From: Macrostomum lignano
Taxonomy: Eukaryota
Assembly (NCBI GenBank): GCA_002269645.1
Contig: NIVC01000212.1
Span: 434,001-498,000, forward strand
Length of the DNA stretch: 64,000 nt
Reading direction: 5' to 3'
A model generated the notes under the pieces. It made no database searches. It was given only the letters and a program-made list of their open reading frames with translations, and had not been told where the DNA came from. Made by a program: the position numbers and the translations under genes. Shown piece after piece: positions 51,293 through 64,000 of the stretch (within the stretch, counting starts at the first letter, position 1; every line of letters starts with the position of its first letter).

Positions 51293-53615
51293 CCGCAGCA
51301 GGAATTCATCCGACGCCCCAGTCTGAGCAGCCAGCTGCGAGAAGATGAGGCCGGTGCAGGCCAAAACCAGTCCAACGGGCTGTCCAGTGACATCAGCCAG
51401 AAGGCCGGCCAGCTCTCGCAGACAGTTGCTAGGCCGTTGCTGGGCAGGCAGCAGGGCGGCTGCGCAGACAATGGGAGCCACGGTGTGCAGACAGAGCAGC
51501 CGACGCCGCCTCAGACAATGGCCGTCAAGATTGGCTAATTGGCTGTCATCGGCCCTGTACAGCAGGTCGCAGCGCCTGTAGCAGAAATTGATAATCCTGC
51601 GAAGCTGATCGAAAATCGACTGTCCGACAGTTAAAAACGCAAACCGGCGGCCCAGCTCGGCCAGATGATAGGCGGCAACCTCGACTGCGCAGTCGAAGTT
51701 TAACGAATAGTTCAGAGCGGCGAAGGCCAGTTGCTCTGTCTCCACGTATTGGCGCCTAGCAGCCCGGCGACTGTGCCCTGCCAGCGGCGGCACCCCCAAC
51801 AAGCCCAGCAAGTCGACAGCGTCGGTTTTGCCGAATAGAATTCGAGAAGCGCGCAGTTTCATGGCTAGCGAAAACGCCACGGTCAGCACTGTGAGCGGGA
51901 ATTTGCGCCGGACAGACTGGAAAGTTTTTAGGAAAAATTTGAAGCTTTTTATTATTTCATTTAAGCTGACCTACTAGCGGTAGTAGAGTTTGCAAACGCT
52001 TAGAAATTCGATAAAAATACTTTAAAACAAGACCATATTAAGGTTGCTTATACCATTGTAATTGAATTCTAAAAGTAGTTTATGGCAGATTCTTAAGGTA
52101 GTTCGGTGAGGCTCTGCAACCAACTGACTGCCAAACCTAACCCTAACCTAAAAACCGAAACCCTAAGCCTAAAAACCATAAGACTAACTTAAAACCACAT
52201 TCCAAACCTAAAACCATAACCCTAACCAAAAAAACCATAACCCAAACCGAAAACCATAGCTCTAACATAAAAAGCATAACACTAACCTAAAAACCAACAC
52301 CCCTAACATAAAACCCAAAACCCTTAACCTAAAACCATAACCCTAACCTAAAAACCAACACCCCTAACATAAAACCCATAACCCTAACCTAAAACCATAA
52401 CCCCAACCTAAAAACCATAACCCCAACCTAAAACCATAACCCTAACCTAAAAACCATAACGCTAACCTAAAAACCTTAACACTAACTTAAAACCATAACC
52501 CTAACCTAAAACCATAACCCCAACCTAAAAACTATAACCCTAACTTAAAAACCATAAGCCAAAAAAAAACCATAGCCCTAACCTAAATAACCATAACACT
52601 AACCTAAAAACCAACACTCCTAACCTCAAAACCGAAACCCTTAACCCAAAAAACCATAACGCTAACCTAAAACCATAACCCCAACCTAGAAATCATAACC
52701 CTAACCTAAATCCGAAATTTCTAACCTAAAAACTTAAACTCTTACTAAAAACCATAACCATAACCAAAAAACAATAACCCAAACCGAAAACCATAACCCT
52801 AACCAAAAAACAATAACCCAAACCGAAAACCATAGCCCTAACCAAAAAACCATAACGCTAACCCAAAAACCATAACGCTAACCTAAAACCATAACCCCAA
52901 CCTAAAAACCATAACCCCAACCTAAAAACCATAACCCCAACCTAAAAACCATAACCCCAACCTAAAAACCATAACCCCAACCTAAAAACCATAACCCCAA
53001 CCTAAAAACCATAACCCCAACCTAAAAACCATAACCCCAACCTAAAAACCATAACCCCAAGCTAAAAACCATAACCCTAACCTAAACCAGAAGATAGCTA
53101 CATGGTTTCACCTGGCTACTCCGCCGGAACGGGAACCGATTTCCCCACTCCACGCAGATCCAGTACCGCAGCAGCCGGCAGAAGATTTCCACAGCTAGCC
53201 TGGCAACACCGCCGGACAGTCTCAGCAGGCGACAGATCGTGAACAGCAGACGAGCTGCTTCGGCGATAGTCTGCTGAAGTCGGCCATCCAGCCGGCCGCA
53301 GCGGATTAAATAAACATTTAGCGACCGATCCCGGGGACGACAAACTCCTGTGGCCAGCTGGGGAAACCGACGACCAGTGATGTCGATAAGACCCGGCGGC
53401 AGCTGAGGATGAGGATATGATGAGGCCAACAGGGAGGCGGGCGAGAAGTCGGCAGCTGGAGAAGATAGCAAGTTATCGACATGCGGATTGTGCCGTGCAC
53501 TCTTCTGGTGTCGTTGCCGCCGTCGCTGCTGCCATTGTCGCTTTTGTGAAGCCTGTGGATGCTGCCACGTTGCGGGCGACGGCTGCTGCTGAAAGTTAGC
53601 AGACGGAGAGCTCAT
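51290..53615 (-). CDS. CNTD1: Cyclin N-terminal domain-containing protein 1 (COSA-1 family, meiotic crossover cyclin-like), ~376 aa
   Basis: Exons 53615-53112 and 51916-51290, phase 0. LLFTICRLLRLSGGVARLAVEIFCRL, RRKFPLTVLTVAFSLAMKL, ETEQLAFAALNYSLN and LADVTGQP align by eye with CNTD1. Start chosen at the first ATG; the ORF track uses an upstream GTG at 53660. Confidence 0.78.
52135..53088. repeat. 19-20-bp C/A-rich minisatellite (ccataaccccaacctaaaaa), CNTD1 intron
   Basis: Also present at 55259-55980 and 58160-58881 within the duplicated units. Confidence 0.93.
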
Positions 53616-53685
53616 TAGCACAGAAATGTGCAATAGAGCCAGCACTGCAACAGAAGCCACGTTTTATAAGGTCGACAGTATAAGT

Positions 53686-54155
53686 GCTAGGGTGCACCTG
53701 AATAACTGCTAGGGTGCACCTGAATAACTGCTAGGGTGCACCTGAGTAACTGCTAGGGTGCACCTGAGAAACTGCTAGGGTGCACCTGAAACTTCACCTG
53801 AATAACTGCTAGGGTGCACCTGAATAACTGCTAGGGTGCACCTGAAACTTCACCTTAATAACTGCTAGGGTGCACCTGAATAACTGCTAGGGTGCACCTG
53901 AAACTTCACCTGAATAACTGCTAGGGTGCACCTGAATAACTGCTAGGGTGCACCTGAATAACTGCTAGGGTGCACCTGAGTAACTGCTAGGGTGCACCTG
54001 AATAACTGCTAGGGTGCACCTGAGTAACTGCTAGGGTGCACCTGAGAAACTGCTAGGGTGCACCTGAAACTTCACCTGAATAACTGCTAGGGTGCACCTG
54101 AATAACTGCTAGGGTGCACCTGAATAACTGCTAGGGTGCACCTGAGTAACTTCAC
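53686..54155. repeat. 22-bp minisatellite (tgctagggtgcacctgaataac)
   Basis: Further copies at 56578-57057 and 59479-59958. Confidence 0.95.
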
Positions 54156-54699
54156 AGGAAAAGGATGCCGCATAGACTAGAATCAGTAAATATAAGTATA
54201 ATGCAACACGCAAAAGAATACACGAGTAAAAGTGCTCACAAGCTGCGGGACACAATTAGCTTGAATGTATTTCAGCTTGAACATAATAAAACTTTTTTCA
54301 TTAAAATTTTTAGAAGCAGTAGTAATGATCAAAAGAAAAGATTCAGAGTTCAGCTGATAAACTAATGAAGCGACTAGAATACATACATACAGCTAAATAA
54401 GGATCCTTAATACAGGAAATAATAGTACAGAATAGAAGATATATTACATCGGAACTCTGCAAGCATGACATCAGCACATCCGGAATTGGAAGAAATACTG
54501 TACACAGAGATTAAGCAGCATAAACTGTTATATCTGGTAAATCTGAATAAAAATCTGTAACTTCTAGTTCTAACTAGGTCATATAAGGGTCGTTAGACAG
54601 GGAAACTGGGTTAAATAATTATTTATTTATTTAGGTAAAAGGCTATCTCAGGGGTCAATTCAAGGTCAAAGAGGTCGAATAAGTCCCTACGGAATCCCT

Positions 54700-55125
54700 C
54701 TAGGTCACTCGGGGTCACGTAGCCTTCAAGGTCACTCGGGGTCACGTAGCCTTCAAGGTCACTCGGGGTCACGTAGGGACAATCCTTCAAGGTCACACGG
54801 GGTCAAATAGGGACAATCCTCCAGGGTCTTAAGGGGTCACGTAGGGACAATCCACCAGGGTCACACGGGGTCACGTAGGGACAATCCTCCAGGGTCTAAA
54901 GGGGTCACGTAGGGACAATCCTCCAGGGTCTTAAGGGGTCACGTAGGGACAATCCATCAGGGTCACACGGGGTCACGTAGGGACAATCCTCCAGGGTCTT
55001 AAGGGGTCACGTAGGGACAATCCACCAGGGTCACACGGGGTCACGTAGGGACAACCCTTCAAGGTCACACGGGGTCACGTAGGGACAATCCTCCAGGGTC
55101 TTAAGGGGTCACGTCGGGACAAAGC
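54700..55125. repeat. 34-bp minisatellite (ggggtcacgtagggacaatcctccagggtcttaa)
   Basis: Further copies at ~57600-58025 and, longer, at ~60500-61062 just after the SHKBP1 stop. Confidence 0.93.
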
Positions 55126-55191
55126 TACAATCAAATAGTGTCTCTAGCTTAAGCCGTGGAAAGTCAAGGTCACACGAGGTCACGCGCGGTC

Positions 55192-55258
55192 TCAGGTGTC
55201 CGGCAGGCCGCTAGACACGCTGCTAGACGGCGTCAGATGGCAGCTCTCTAACAGGCTG
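55192..55258 (-). pseudogene. Orphan fragment: last ~21 codons plus stop of SHKBP1 (also at 58093-58159)
   Basis: Encodes [21 protein letters not shown], truncated at the duplication junction. Confidence 0.8.
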
Positions 55259-56003
55259 CTAAAAACATAACCCTAACCTAAAAACCAACACCCCTAACAT
55301 AAAACCCATAACCCTAACCTAAAACCATAACCCCAACCTAAAAACCATAACCCCAACCTAAAAACCATAACCCTAACCTAAAACCATAACCCCAACCTAA
55401 AAACTATAACCCTAACTTAAAAACCATAAGCCAAAAAAAAACCATAGCCCTAACCTAAATAACCATAACACTAACCTAAAAACCAACACTCCTAACCTCA
55501 AAACCGAAACCCTTAACCCAAAAAACCATAACGCTAACCTAAAACCATAACCCCAACCTAGAAATCATAACCCTAACCTAAATCCGAAATTTCTAACCTA
55601 AAAACTTAAACTCTTACTAAAAACCATAACCATAACCAAAAAACAATAACCCAAACCGAAAACCATAACCCTAACCAAAAAACAATAACCCAAACCGAAA
55701 ACCATAGCCCTAACCAAAAAACCATAACGCTAACCCAAAAACCATAACGCTAACCTAAAACCATAACCCCAACCTAAAAACCATAACCCCAACCTAAAAA
55801 CCATAACCCCAACCTAAAAACCATAACCCCAACCTAAAAACCATAACCCCAACCTAAAAACCATAACCCCAACCTAAAAACCATAACCCCAACCTAAAAA
55901 CCATAACCCCAACCTAAAAACCATAACCCCAACCTAAAAACCATAACCCCAAGCTAAAAACCATAACCCTAACCTAAACCAGAAGATAGCTACATGGTTT
56001 CAC

Positions 56004-56507
56004 CTGGCTACTCCGCCGGAACGGGAACCGATTTCCCCACTCCACGCAGATCCAGTACCGCAGCAGCCGGCAGAAGATTTCCACAGCTAGCCTGGCAACA
56101 CCGCCGGACAGTCTCAGCAGGCGACAGATCGTGAACAGCAGACGAGCTGCTTCGGCGATAGTCTGCTGAAGTCGGCCATCCAGCCGGCCGCAGCGGATTA
56201 AATAAACATTTAGCGACCGATCCCGGGGACGACAAACTCCTGTGGCCAGCTGGGGAAACCGACGACCAGTGATGTCGATAAGACCCGGCGGCAGCTGAGG
56301 ATGAGGATATGATGAGGCCAACAGGGAGGCGGGCGAGAAGTCGGCAGCTGGAGAAGATAGCAAGTTATCGACATGCGGATTGTGCCGTGCACTCTTCTGG
56401 TGTCGTTGCCGCCGTCGCTGCTGCCATTGTCGCTTTTGTGAAGCCTGTGGATGCTGCCACGTTGCGGGCGACGGCTGCTGCTGAAAGTTAGCAGACGGAG
56501 AGCTCAT
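56004..56507 (-). CDS. CNTD1: Duplicate CNTD1 exon 1 (copy 2)
   Basis: Same translation as 53615-53112, with an intact GT donor. Confidence 0.65.
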
Positions 56508-58904
56508 TAGCACAGAAATGTGCAATAGAGCCAGCACTGCAACAGAAGCCACGTTTTATAAGGTCGACAGTATAAGTGCTAGGGTGCACCTGAATAACTG
56601 CTAGGGTGCACCTGAATAACTGCTAGGGTGCACCTGAGTAACTGCTAGGGTGCACCTGAGAAACTGCTAGGGTGCACCTGAATAACTGCTAGGGTGCACC
56701 TGAAACTTCACCTGAATAACTGCTAGGGTGCACCTGAATAACTGCTAGGGTGCACCTGAAACTTCACCTGAATAACTGCTAGGGTGCACCTGAATAACTG
56801 CTAGGGTGCACCTGAATAACTGCTAGGGTGCACCTGAATAACTGCTAGGGTGCACCTGAATAACTGCTAGGGTGCACCTGAGTAACTGCTAGGGTGCACC
56901 TGAGAAACTGCTAGGGTGCACCTGAAACTTCACCTGAATAACTGCTAGGGTGCACCTGAATAACTGCTAGGGTGCACCTGAATAACTGCTAGGGTGCACC
57001 TGAATAACTGCTAGGGTGCACCTGAATAACTGCTAGGGTGCACCTGAGTAACTTCACAGGAAAAGGATGCCGCATAGACTAGAATCAGTAAATATAAGTA
57101 TAATGCAACACGCAAAAGAATACACGAGTAAAAGTGCTCACAAGCTGCGGGACACAATTAGCTTGAATGTATTTCAGCTTGAACATAATAAAACTTTTTT
57201 CATTAAAATTTTTAGAAGCAGTAGTAATGATCAAAAGAAAAGATTCAGAGTTCAGCTGATAAACTAATGAAGCGACTAGAATACATACATACAGCTAAAT
57301 AAGGATCCTTAATACAGGAAATAATAGTACAGAATAGAAGATATATTACATCGGAACTCTGCAAGCATGACATCAGCACATCCGGAATTGGAAGAAATAC
57401 TGTAAACAGAGATTAAGCAGCATAAACTGTTATATCTGGTAAATCTGAATAAAAATCTGTAACTTCTAGTTCTAACTAGGTCATATAAGGGTCGTTAGAC
57501 AGGGAAACTGGGTTAAATAATTATTTATTTATTTAGGTAAAAGGCTATCTCAGGGGTCAATTCAAGGTCAAAGAGGTCGAATAAGTCCCTACGGAATCCC
57601 TCTAGGTCACTCGGGGTCACGTAGCCTTCAAGGTCACTCGGGGTCACGTAGCCTTCAAGGTCACTCGGGTCACGTAGGGACAATCCTTCAAGGTCACACG
57701 GGGTCAAATAGGGACAATCCTCCAGGGTCTTAAGGGGTCACGTAGGGACAATCCACCAGGGTCACACGGGGTCACGTAGGGACAATCCTCCAGGGTCTAA
57801 AGGGGTCACGTAGGGACAATCCTCCAGGGTCTTAAGGGGTCACGTAGGGACAATCCATCAGGGTCACACGGGGTCACGTAGGGACAATCCTCCAGGGTCT
57901 TAAGGGGTCACGTAGGGACAATCCACCAGGGTCACACGGGGTCACGTAGGGACAACCCTTCAAGGTCACACGGGGTCACGTAGGGACAATCCTCCAGGGT
58001 CTTAAGGGGTCACGTCGGGACAAAGCTACAATCAAATAGTGTCTCTAGCTTAAGCCGTGGAAAGTCAAGGTCACACGAGGTCACGCGCGGTCTCAGGTGT
58101 CCGGCAGGCCGCTAGACACGCTGCTAGACGGCGTCAGATGGCAGCTCTCTAACAGGCTGCTAAAAACATAACCCTAACCTAAAAACCAACACCCCTAACA
58201 TAAAACCCATAACCCTAACCTAAAACCATAACCCCAACCTAAAAACCATAACCCCAACCTAAAAACCATAACCCTAACCTAAAACCATAACCCCAACCTA
58301 AAAACTATAACCCTAACTTAAAAACCATAAGCCAAAAAAAAACCATAGCCCTAACCTAAATAACCATAACACTAACCTAAAAACCAACACTCCTAACCTC
58401 AAAACCGAAACCCTTAACCCAAAAAACCATAACGCTAACCTAAAACCATAACCCCAACCTAGAAATCATAACCCTAACCTAAATCCGAAATTTCTAACCT
58501 AAAAACTTAAACTCTTACTAAAAACCATAACCATAACCAAAAAACAATAACCCAAACCGAAAACCATAACCCTAACCAAAAAACAATAACCCAAACCGAA
58601 AACCATAGCCCTAACCAAAAAACCATAACGCTAACCCAAAAACCATAACGCTAACCTAAAACCATAACCCCAACCTAAAAACCATAACCCCAACCTAAAA
58701 ACCATAACCCCAACCTAAAAACCATAACCCCAACCTAAAAACCATAACCCCAACCTAAAAACCATAACCCCAACCTAAAAACCATAACCCCAACCTAAAA
58801 ACCATAACCCCAACCTAAAAACCATAACCCCAACCTAAAAACCATAACCCCAAGCTAAAAACCATAACCCTAACCTAAACCAGAAGATAGCTACATGGTT
58901 TCAC

Positions 58905-59408
58905 CTGGCTACTCCGCCGGAACGGGAACCGATTTCCCCACTCCACGCAGATCCAGTACCGCAGCAGCCGGCAGAAGATTTCCACAGCTAGCCTGGCAAC
59001 ACCGCCGGACAGTCTCAGCAGGCGACAGATCGTGAACAGCAGACGAGCTGCTTCGGCGATAGTCTGCTGAAGTCGGCCATCCAGCCGGCCGCAGCGGATT
59101 AAATAAACATTTAGCGACCGATCCCGGGGACGACAAACTCCTGTGGCCAGCTGGGGAAACCGACGACCAGTGATGTCGATAAGACCCGGCGGCAGCTGAG
59201 GATGAGGATATGATGAGGCCAACAGGGAGGCGGGCGAGAAGTCGGCAGCTGGAGAAGATAGCAAGTTATCGACATGCGGATTGTGCCGTGCACTCTTCTG
59301 GTGTCGTTGCCGCCGTCGCTGCTGCCATTGTCGCTTTTGTGAAGCCTGTGGATGCTGCCACGTTGCGGGCGACGGCTGCTGCTGAAAGTTAGCAGACGGA
59401 GAGCTCAT
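58905..59408 (-). CDS. CNTD1: Duplicate CNTD1 exon 1 (copy 3)
   Basis: Same translation, intact donor; T>A at 59439 upstream of the ATG. Confidence 0.65.
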
Positions 59409-61129
59409 TAGCACAGAAATGTGCAATAGAGCCAGCACAGCAACAGAAGCCACGTTTTATAAGGTCGACAGTATAAGTGCTAGGGTGCACCTGAATAACT
59501 GCTAGGGTGCACCTGAATAACTGCTAGGGTGCACCTGAGTAACTGCTAGGGTGCACCTGAGAAACTGCTAGGGTGCACCTGAATAACTGCTAGGGTGCAC
59601 CTGAAACTTCACCTGAATAACTGCTAGGGTGCACCTGAATAACTGCTAGGGTGCACCTGAAACTTCACCTGAATAACTGCTAGGGTGCACCTGAATAACT
59701 GCTAGGGTGCACCTGAATAACTGCTAGGGTGCACCTGAATAACTGCTAGGGTGCACCTGAATAACTGCTAGGGTGCACCTGAGTAACTGCTAGGGTGCAC
59801 CTGAGAAACTGCTAGGGTGCACCTGAAACTTCACCTGAATAACTGCTAGGGTGCACCTGAATAACTGCTAGGGTGCACCTGAATAACTGCTAGGGTGCAC
59901 CTGAATAACTGCTAGGGTGCACCTGAATAACTGCTAGGGTGCACCTGAGTAACTTCACAGGAAAAGGATGCCGCATAGACTAGAATCAGTAAATATAAGT
60001 ATAATGCAACACGCAAAAGAATACACGAGTAAAAGTGCTCACAAGCTGCGGGACACAATTAGCTTGAATGTATTTCAGCTTGAACATAATAAAACTTTTT
60101 TCATTAAAATTTTTAGAAGCAGTAGTAATGATCAAAAGAAAAGATTCAGAGTTCAGCTGATAAACTAATGAAGCGACTAGAATACATACATACAGCTAAA
60201 TAAGGATCCTTAATACAGGAAATAATAGTACAGAATAGAAGATATATTACATCGGAACTCTGCAAGCATGACATCAGCACATCCGGAATTGGAAGAAATA
60301 CTGTAAACAGAGATTAAGCAGCATAAACTGTTATATCTGGTAAATCTGAATAAAAATCTGTAACTTCTAGTTCTAACTAGGTCATATAAGGGTCGTTAGA
60401 CAGGGAAACTGGGTTAAATAATTATTTATTTATTTAGGTAAAAGGCTATCTCAGGGGTCAATTCAAGGTCAAAGAGGTCGAATAAGTCCCTACGGAATCC
60501 CTCTAGGTCACTCGGGGTCACGTAGCCTTCAAGGTCACTCGGGTCACGTAGCCTTCAAGGTCACTCGGGGTCACGAGGGGACAATCCTTCAAGGTCACAC
60601 GGGGTCAAATAGGGACAATCCTCCAGGGTCTTAAGGGGTCACGTAGGGACAATCCACCAGGGTCACACGGGGTCACGTAGGGACAATCCTCCAGGGTCTT
60701 AAGGGGTCACGTAGGGACAATCCTCCAGGGTCTTAAGGGGTCACGTAGGGACAATCCACCAGGGTCACACGGGGTCACGTAGGGACAATCCTCCAGGGTC
60801 TTAAGGGGTCACGTAGGGACAATCCATCAGGGTCACACGGGGTCACGTAGGGACAATCCTCCAGGGTCTTAAGGGGTCACGTAGGGACAATCCACCAGGG
60901 TCACACGGGGTCACGTAGGGACAATCCTCCAGGGTCTTAAGGGGTCACGTAGGGACAATCCACCAGGGTCACACGGGGTCACGTAGGGACAACCCTTCAA
61001 GGTCACACGGGGTCACGTAGGGACAATCCTCCAGGGTCTTAAGGGGTCACGTCGGGACAAAGCTACAATCAAATAGTGTCTCTAGCTTAAGCCGTGGAAA
61101 GTCAAGGTCACACGAGGTCACGCGCGGTC

Positions 61130-64000
61130 TCAGGTGTCCGGCAGGCCGCTAGACACGCTGCTAGACGGCGTCAGATGGCAGCTCTCTAACAGGCTGACTA
61201 ATTCGCGCGGCGTCGGCCCGCCGACGTGACCGGAGTAGCCACTGCCGGAGCAACCGCCGCCGGAAGCGGTTGCGGCGATTGTTGCAGCAGCCGCCGTAGC
61301 CGCGGTCACGTGACGTTGGGTGGCAACGCCAGCCGAAGCCCCGGACAAAAGGCAGCTGGGCGGTCGGGCGCCGGCGTCGGAGTTTGGCGGCAGCTGCTCC
61401 AACGCGGTGGTCAGATCCCACATCTGCAGACTGCCGTTGGCGTGGCCGGTGATGAGGTAGCGCCGCGGCCGGGACCCCAGTCGCGAGCTGCAGCCCTCGT
61501 ATTCGTGAGTGGCAAAGGCGGTGATTGCCGAGCCGTCAACAGAACGGATTGTGCAGACTCGGCGGCCATTCGGTGCCAGCCGGATGAAGAGGGAACTGGC
61601 AGCTGGGAGCACCTGAGATTGGGAGGCGGGTGGGGATAGGGATAGCCTCATGGGATACGGAACCAATGGGATACGGAACCAATGGGATACGGAACCAGTG
61701 GGATACGGAACCAGTGGGATACGGAACCAATGGGATACGGAACCAGTGGGATACGGAACCAATGGGATACGGAACCAATGGGATACGGAACCAATGGGAT
61801 ACGGAACCAATGGGATACGGAATCAATGGGATATGGAACAAATGGGATACGGAACCAATGGGATACGGAACCAATGGGATATGGAACCAATGGGATACGG
61901 AACCAATGGGATACGGAACCAATGGGATACGGAACCAATGGGATACGGAACCAATGGGATACGGAATCAAAGGGATACGGAATCAAAGGGATACGGAACC
62001 AATGGGATACGGAACCAATGAGATACGGAACCAATGAGATCCGGAATCAATGAGATACGGAACCAATGGGATACGGAATCAAAGGGATACGGAATCAAAG
62101 GGATACGGAACCAATGGGATACGGAACCAATGGGATACGGAACCAATGGGATACGGAACCAATGAGATCCGGAATCAATGAGATACGGAACCAATGGGAT
62201 ACGGAATCAAAGGGATACGGAATCAAAGGGATACGGAACCAATGGGATACGGAACCAATGGGATACGGAACCAATGGGATACGGAATCAATGGGATACGG
62301 AACCAATGGGATACGGAACCAATGGGATACGGAACCAATGGGATACGGAACCAATGGGATACGGAACCAATGGGATACGGAACCAATGAGATCCGGAATC
62401 AATGAGATACGGAACCAATGGGATACGGAATCAAAGGGATACGGAACCAATGGGATACGGAATCAATGGGATACTGAATCAATGGGATACGGAACCAATG
62501 TGATACGGAACCAATGGGATACGGAACCAATGGGATACGGAACCAATGGGATACGGAACCAATGGGATACGGAACCAATGGGATACGGAACCAATGGGAT
62601 ACGGAATCAATGGGATACGGAACCAATGGGATACGGAACCAATGGGATACGGAACCAATGGGATACGGAACCAATGGGATACGGAACCAATGGGATACTG
62701 AATCAATGGGATACGGAACCAATGGGATACGGAACCAATGGGATACGGAACCGATGGGATACGGAATCAATGGGATACGGAATCAATGGGATACGGAACC
62801 AATGGGATACGGAACCAATGGGATACGGAATCAATGGGATACGGAATCAATGGGATACGGAACCAATGGGATACGGAACCAATGGGATACGGAACCAATG
62901 GGATACGGAATCAATGGGATACGGAACCAATGGGATACGGAACCAATGGGATACGGAACCAATGGGATACGGAACCAATGGGATACGGAATCAATGGGAT
63001 ACGGAACCAATGGGATACGGAACCAATGGGATACGGAACCAATGGGATACGGAACCAATGGGATACGGAACCAATGGGATACGGAACCAATGGGATACGG
63101 AACCAATGGGATACGGAATCAATGGGATACGGAATCAATGGGATACGGAACCAATGGGATACGGAACCAGTGGGATACGGAACCAATGGGATACGGAACC
63201 AATGGGATACGGAACCAATGGGATACGGAATCAATGGGATACGGAACCAATGGGATACGGAACCAATGGGATACGGAACCAATGGGATACGGAACCGATG
63301 GGATACGGAATCAATGGGATACGGAACCAATGGGATACGGAACCAATGGGATACGGAACCAATGGGATACGGAACCAATGGGATACGGAACCAATGGGAT
63401 ACGGAACCAATGGGATACGGAACCAATGGGATACGGAACCAATGGGATACGGAACCAATGGGATACGGAACCAATGGGATACGGAACCAATGGGATACGG
63501 AACCAATGGGATACGGAACCAATGGGATACGGAACCAATGGGATACGGAACCAATGGGATACGGAACCAATGGGATACGGAACCGATGGGATACGGAATC
63601 AATGGGATACGGAATCAATGGGATACGGAACCAATGGGATACGGAACCAATGGGATACGGAACCAAAGGGATACGGAACCAATGGGATACGGAACCGATG
63701 GGATACGGAATCAATGGGATACGGAATCAATGGGATACGGAACCAATGGGATACGGAACCAATGGGATACGGAACCAATGGGATACGGAACCAATGGGAT
63801 ACGGAACCAATGGGATACGGAATCGATAAAGCCAATCTAAAGAAATCGCACCTGTTGCACAAAGATCTGCAGATCGTCTTTCTCGCCGTGCGGCCCCGGA
63901 TGCCGACCGGGCGAGCAGCTGAAGTGCAACACGTGAAAGCTAGCTAGTGGCGTACTGCCGGGCTGGGTGCTGATCATGCCGCGAAATCGGGTCACCTGCC
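61130..64000 (-). CDS. SHKBP1: SHKBP1/KCTD3-family BTB-WD40 protein, last two visible exons
   Basis: Exon 64000-63852: [21 protein letters not shown]...[15 protein letters not shown]. Exon 61612-61130: [12 protein letters not shown]...[10 protein letters not shown]...[28 protein letters not shown]. Phase 0. Confidence 0.92.
61648..63828. repeat. 16-bp minisatellite (atgggatacggaacca), SHKBP1 intron
   Basis: More than 130 units; source of all the long ORFs in this stretch. Confidence 0.98.

Larger units (their letters stand above)
52329..61196. repeat. Three tandem copies of a ~2.9-kb segment
   Basis: Units ~52329-55258, 55259-58159, 58160-61196. Identical ORFs recur at +2892 and +2901. Junction aacaggctg|ctaaaaac. 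Confidence 0.95.

Noticed and set aside
52135-53088. Interstitial telomere
   Set aside because: CCCTAA occurs only as part of a 19-20-bp unit; there are no tandem hexamers.
53616-53660. N-terminal extension MASVAVLALL as a signal peptide on CNTD1
   Set aside because: It depends on a GTG start upstream of a likely acceptor; the first ATG at 53615 is more plausible.
61536-63947. Long ORFs (up to 548 aa, [16 protein letters not shown] repeats)
   Set aside because: They are translations of a stop-free 16-bp array lying in a SHKBP1 intron, between a clean donor (63851) and acceptor (61613).

Overview
Eukaryotic, intron-rich animal DNA with GT-AG introns and no prokaryotic features. Almost every intron and spacer is filled by its own minisatellite; this style suggests a flatworm such as Macrostomum (inference only). 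I spliced ten protein-coding genes by hand, checking intron phases. Plus strand: a partial multi-RRM-like gene with a coding heptad repeat and a 1-nt frameshift, SFXN2, COA6, and a TRIM-type RING/coiled-coil gene. Minus strand: two tandem 7-exon tetraspanins, a 101-aa secreted precursor ending KR-CRIGRTACMLG*, a syntaxin-6 N-domain protein with no SNARE helix, CNTD1/COSA-1, and the 3' end of SHKBP1/KCTD3. Intron 1 of the first tetraspanin holds two head-to-tail non-autonomous Helitrons carrying minisatellite cassettes and a tRNA-like segment. A ~2.9-kb unit containing CNTD1 exon 1 is triplicated. Most long ORFs in the track are repeat artefacts. Best leads: the candidate cyclic amidated neuropeptide, the Helitron tandem, a dispersed covarying structured motif (possibly HDV-ribozyme-like), the SNARE-less syntaxin, and intron-private arrays seeded from local sequence.
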